A DNA stretch of 62,906 bases, counting the filler, from Chiloscyllium plagiosum (Eukaryota), in assembly GCF_004010195.1 (NCBI RefSeq). It is 5 parts of one record of this genome, joined end to end, with 100 filler letters (N's around TTAATTAATTAA, not from the genome) between each part and the next. Parts side by side here need not be neighbours in the genome. Positions count along the whole stretch, not along the records: positions 54,497 to 62,906 come from NC_057712.1; 4 more parts are not named here. One strand, written 5' to 3'. The translations under genes and the position numbers were made by a program. The notes beneath the pieces are model-generated. The model made no database searches. It was not told the origin of the DNA and saw only the letters and a program-made list of their open reading frames with translations. This document shows positions 60,401-62,906 of the stretch, one piece after another (position 1 is the first letter of the stretch; every line of letters starts with the position of its first letter).

Positions 60401-62906
60401 TGTTGATGACAGTTGTAAACACTGTGTTGATGACAGGTGTAAACATTGTGTTGATGGTAGGTATAAACACTGTGTTGATGACAGGTATAATCAAGGTGTT
60501 GATGACAGGAGTAAATACTGTCTTGATGACACGTATAAACACTGCATTGATAACAGGTTTAAACTCTGCGTTGATGACAGGTATAAAAACAGTGTTGATG
60601 ACAGGTGTAAACACTGTGTTGATGACAGGTGTAAACACTGTGTTGATGGTAGGTATAAACACTGTGTTGATGACAGGAGTAAATACTGTCTTGATGAGAT
60701 GTATACTCTGTGTTGATGACAGGAGTAAATACTGTGTTGATGACAGGTGTAAACACTGTGGTCATGATAGGTGTAAACATTGTGTTGATGACTGGTATGA
60801 ACATTGTGTTGATGACAGGTATAAACACTATGTTGATGACAGGTGTAAACACTGTTGATGGTAGGTATAAACACTGTGTTGATGACAGGTATAATCACGG
60901 TGTTGATGACCGGAGTAAATACTGTCTTGATGACACGTATAAACACTGCATTGATGACAGGTTTAAACTCTGCGTTGATGACAGGTATAAAAACTGCGTT
61001 GATGGCAGGTGTAATCACTGTTGATGACAGGTGTAAACACTGTGTTGATGACAGGAGTAAATACTGTGGTGATGAGATGTATACACTGTGTTGATGATAG
61101 GAGTAAATACTTTATTGATGACAGGTGTAAACACTGTGTTGATGACAGGCGTAAACATTGTGTTAATGACAGGTATAAACATTGTGTTGATGACAGGTAT
61201 AAACACTGTGGTGATGACAGTTGTAAACAATGTGTTGATGGTAGGTATAAACACTGTGTTGATGACAGGTATAATCACGGTGTTGCTGATAGGAGTAAAT
61301 ACTGTCTTGATGGCATGCAAACACTGTGTTGATGACAGGAGTAAATACTGTGTTGATGACAGGTGTAAACACTGTGTTGATGACAGGTATAAACACTGCG
61401 TTGATGACAGGTTTAGATTCTGCGTTGATGACAGGTGTAAACATTGTGTTGATGACAGGTGTAAACACTGTGTTGATGACACGTGTGAACACTGTGTTGA
61501 TGACAGGTATAAACACTGTATTAATGACAGTTACAAACACTGTGTTGATGACAGGTGTAAACATTGTGTTGATGACAGGTGTAAACACTGTGTTGATGAC
61601 AGTTATAAACACTGTGTTGATGACAGTTATAAACACTGTATTTATGTCAGGTGTAAACATTGTTGATGATGGGCATAAACACTGTGTTCATGTCCGGTAT
61701 AAGCACTGTGTTGATGACAGATGTAAACGCATTATTGATGACAGGTGTAAACACTGTTGATGATAGGTATAATCACTCTGTTAATGGCAGGTATAAACAT
61801 TGTGTTGATGACTGGTGTAAAACACTGTGTTGATGACAAGTGTAAACACTGTGTTTATGACAGGAGTAAATACTGCCTTGATGACATGTAAACACTGTGT
61901 TGATGACAGGAGTAAATACTGTGTTGATGACAGGTGTAAACACTGTTGATGGGAGGTGTAAACATTGTTGATGACGTGTATAAACACTGTGTTGATGATT
62001 CGTGTAAACACTGTGTTGATGACAGGTGTAAACTCTGTGTTGATGACAGGAGTAAATACTGTCTTGATGACATGCAAAAACTGTGTTGATTACAGGAGGA
62101 AATTCTGTGTTGATGACAGGTGTAAACACTGTTGATGACAGGTGAAACACTGTGTTGATGACATGTATAATCACTATGTTGATGACAGGTGCAAACACTG
62201 TGTTGATGACAGGTGTAAACACTGTGTTGACGGCAGGTGTAATCACTGTGTTGATGACATGTAAACACTGTGTTGAAGACAGGAGTAAATACTGTGTTGA
62301 TGACAGGTGTAAACATTGTGTTGATGACAGGTGTAAACATTGTCTTGATGACCGGTATATACACTGTGTTGATGGTAGGTATAAACACTGTGTTGATGAC
62401 AGGTNNNNNNNNNNNNTAAACATTGTGTTGATGACAGGTGTAAACACTGTGTTGATGACAGGTGTAAATATTGTCTTGATGACCGGTATATACACTGTGT
62501 TGATGGTAGGTATAAACACTGTGTTGATGACAGGTATAATCACGGTGTTGATGACAGTGTAAACATTGTGTTGATGACAGGTGTAAACACTGTGTTGATG
62601 GTAGGTATAAACACTGTGTTGATGACAGGTATAATCACGGTGTTGATGACAGGTGTAAACACTGTTGATGACAGGTGTAAATATTGTGTTGATGACAGAT
62701 ATAAACACTGTTGATGACAGGTGTAAACACTGCGTTGATGACAGGTGTAAACACTGTGTTGATGGCAGGTGTAAACACTGTGTTGATGACAGGCGTAAAA
62801 ACTGTGTTGATGGTAGGTATAAACACTGTGTTGATGACAGTAATAATCATGCTGTTGATGACAGGAGTAAATACTGTCTTGATGACATGTAAACACTGTG
62901 TTGATG
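54497..62906. repeat. Satellite array, 24-bp unit GATGACAGGTGTAAACACTGTGTT (22-bp variant lacking TG), roughly 350 units, running off the window
   Basis: Directly visible periodicity, and an 8-aa period (FTPVINTV) in the ORF track. There is a 12-N gap at 62405-62416. Confidence 0.98.

Noticed and set aside
54441..62896. Long ORFs up to 364 aa (FTPVINTV, LSSTQCLH and KHCVDDRC repeats), and a superficial CRISPR-like periodicity
   Set aside because: These are by-products of a 24-bp unit that lacks stops in several frames, and 22-bp variants shift frames freely. There are no unique spacers or cas genes, and the context is eukaryotic.

Overview
This is eukaryotic, repeat-rich DNA. It is most likely from a shark (elasmobranch), inferred from HE1-type SINEs and their partner CR1/HER1-type LINEs, and probably lies inside a very long intron or 5' region of a + strand gene that I cannot name. 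I see no intact protein-coding gene. Every ORF with recognisable motifs is a decayed retroelement fragment (CR1, Penelope-like, RTE, Rex1) or a by-product of tandem repeats. The window has four 100-nt scaffold gaps containing an artificial TTAATTAATTAA linker, and it ends in an ~8.4-kb satellite of 24/22-bp units. The most notable observations are: (1) short palindromic Penelope-derived insertions with target-site duplications, carrying minimal type I hammerhead ribozyme motifs from four sequence families whose stems differ but stay paired; (2) a candidate 3-nt AAG microexon or recursive splice site at 30016-30018; (3) a candidate non-coding exon pair ending in ATG|GTAAGT at 23.0-23.2 kb; (4) a 250-bp, 249/250-identical inverted duplication of decayed DNA; (5) a 5'-inverted (twin-priming-like) RTE LINE; (6) several minisatellites seeded from short internal pieces of retroelements. 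Repeat family names come from motif recognition by eye, not a database search, and element boundaries are approximate (tens of bp) unless stated otherwise.
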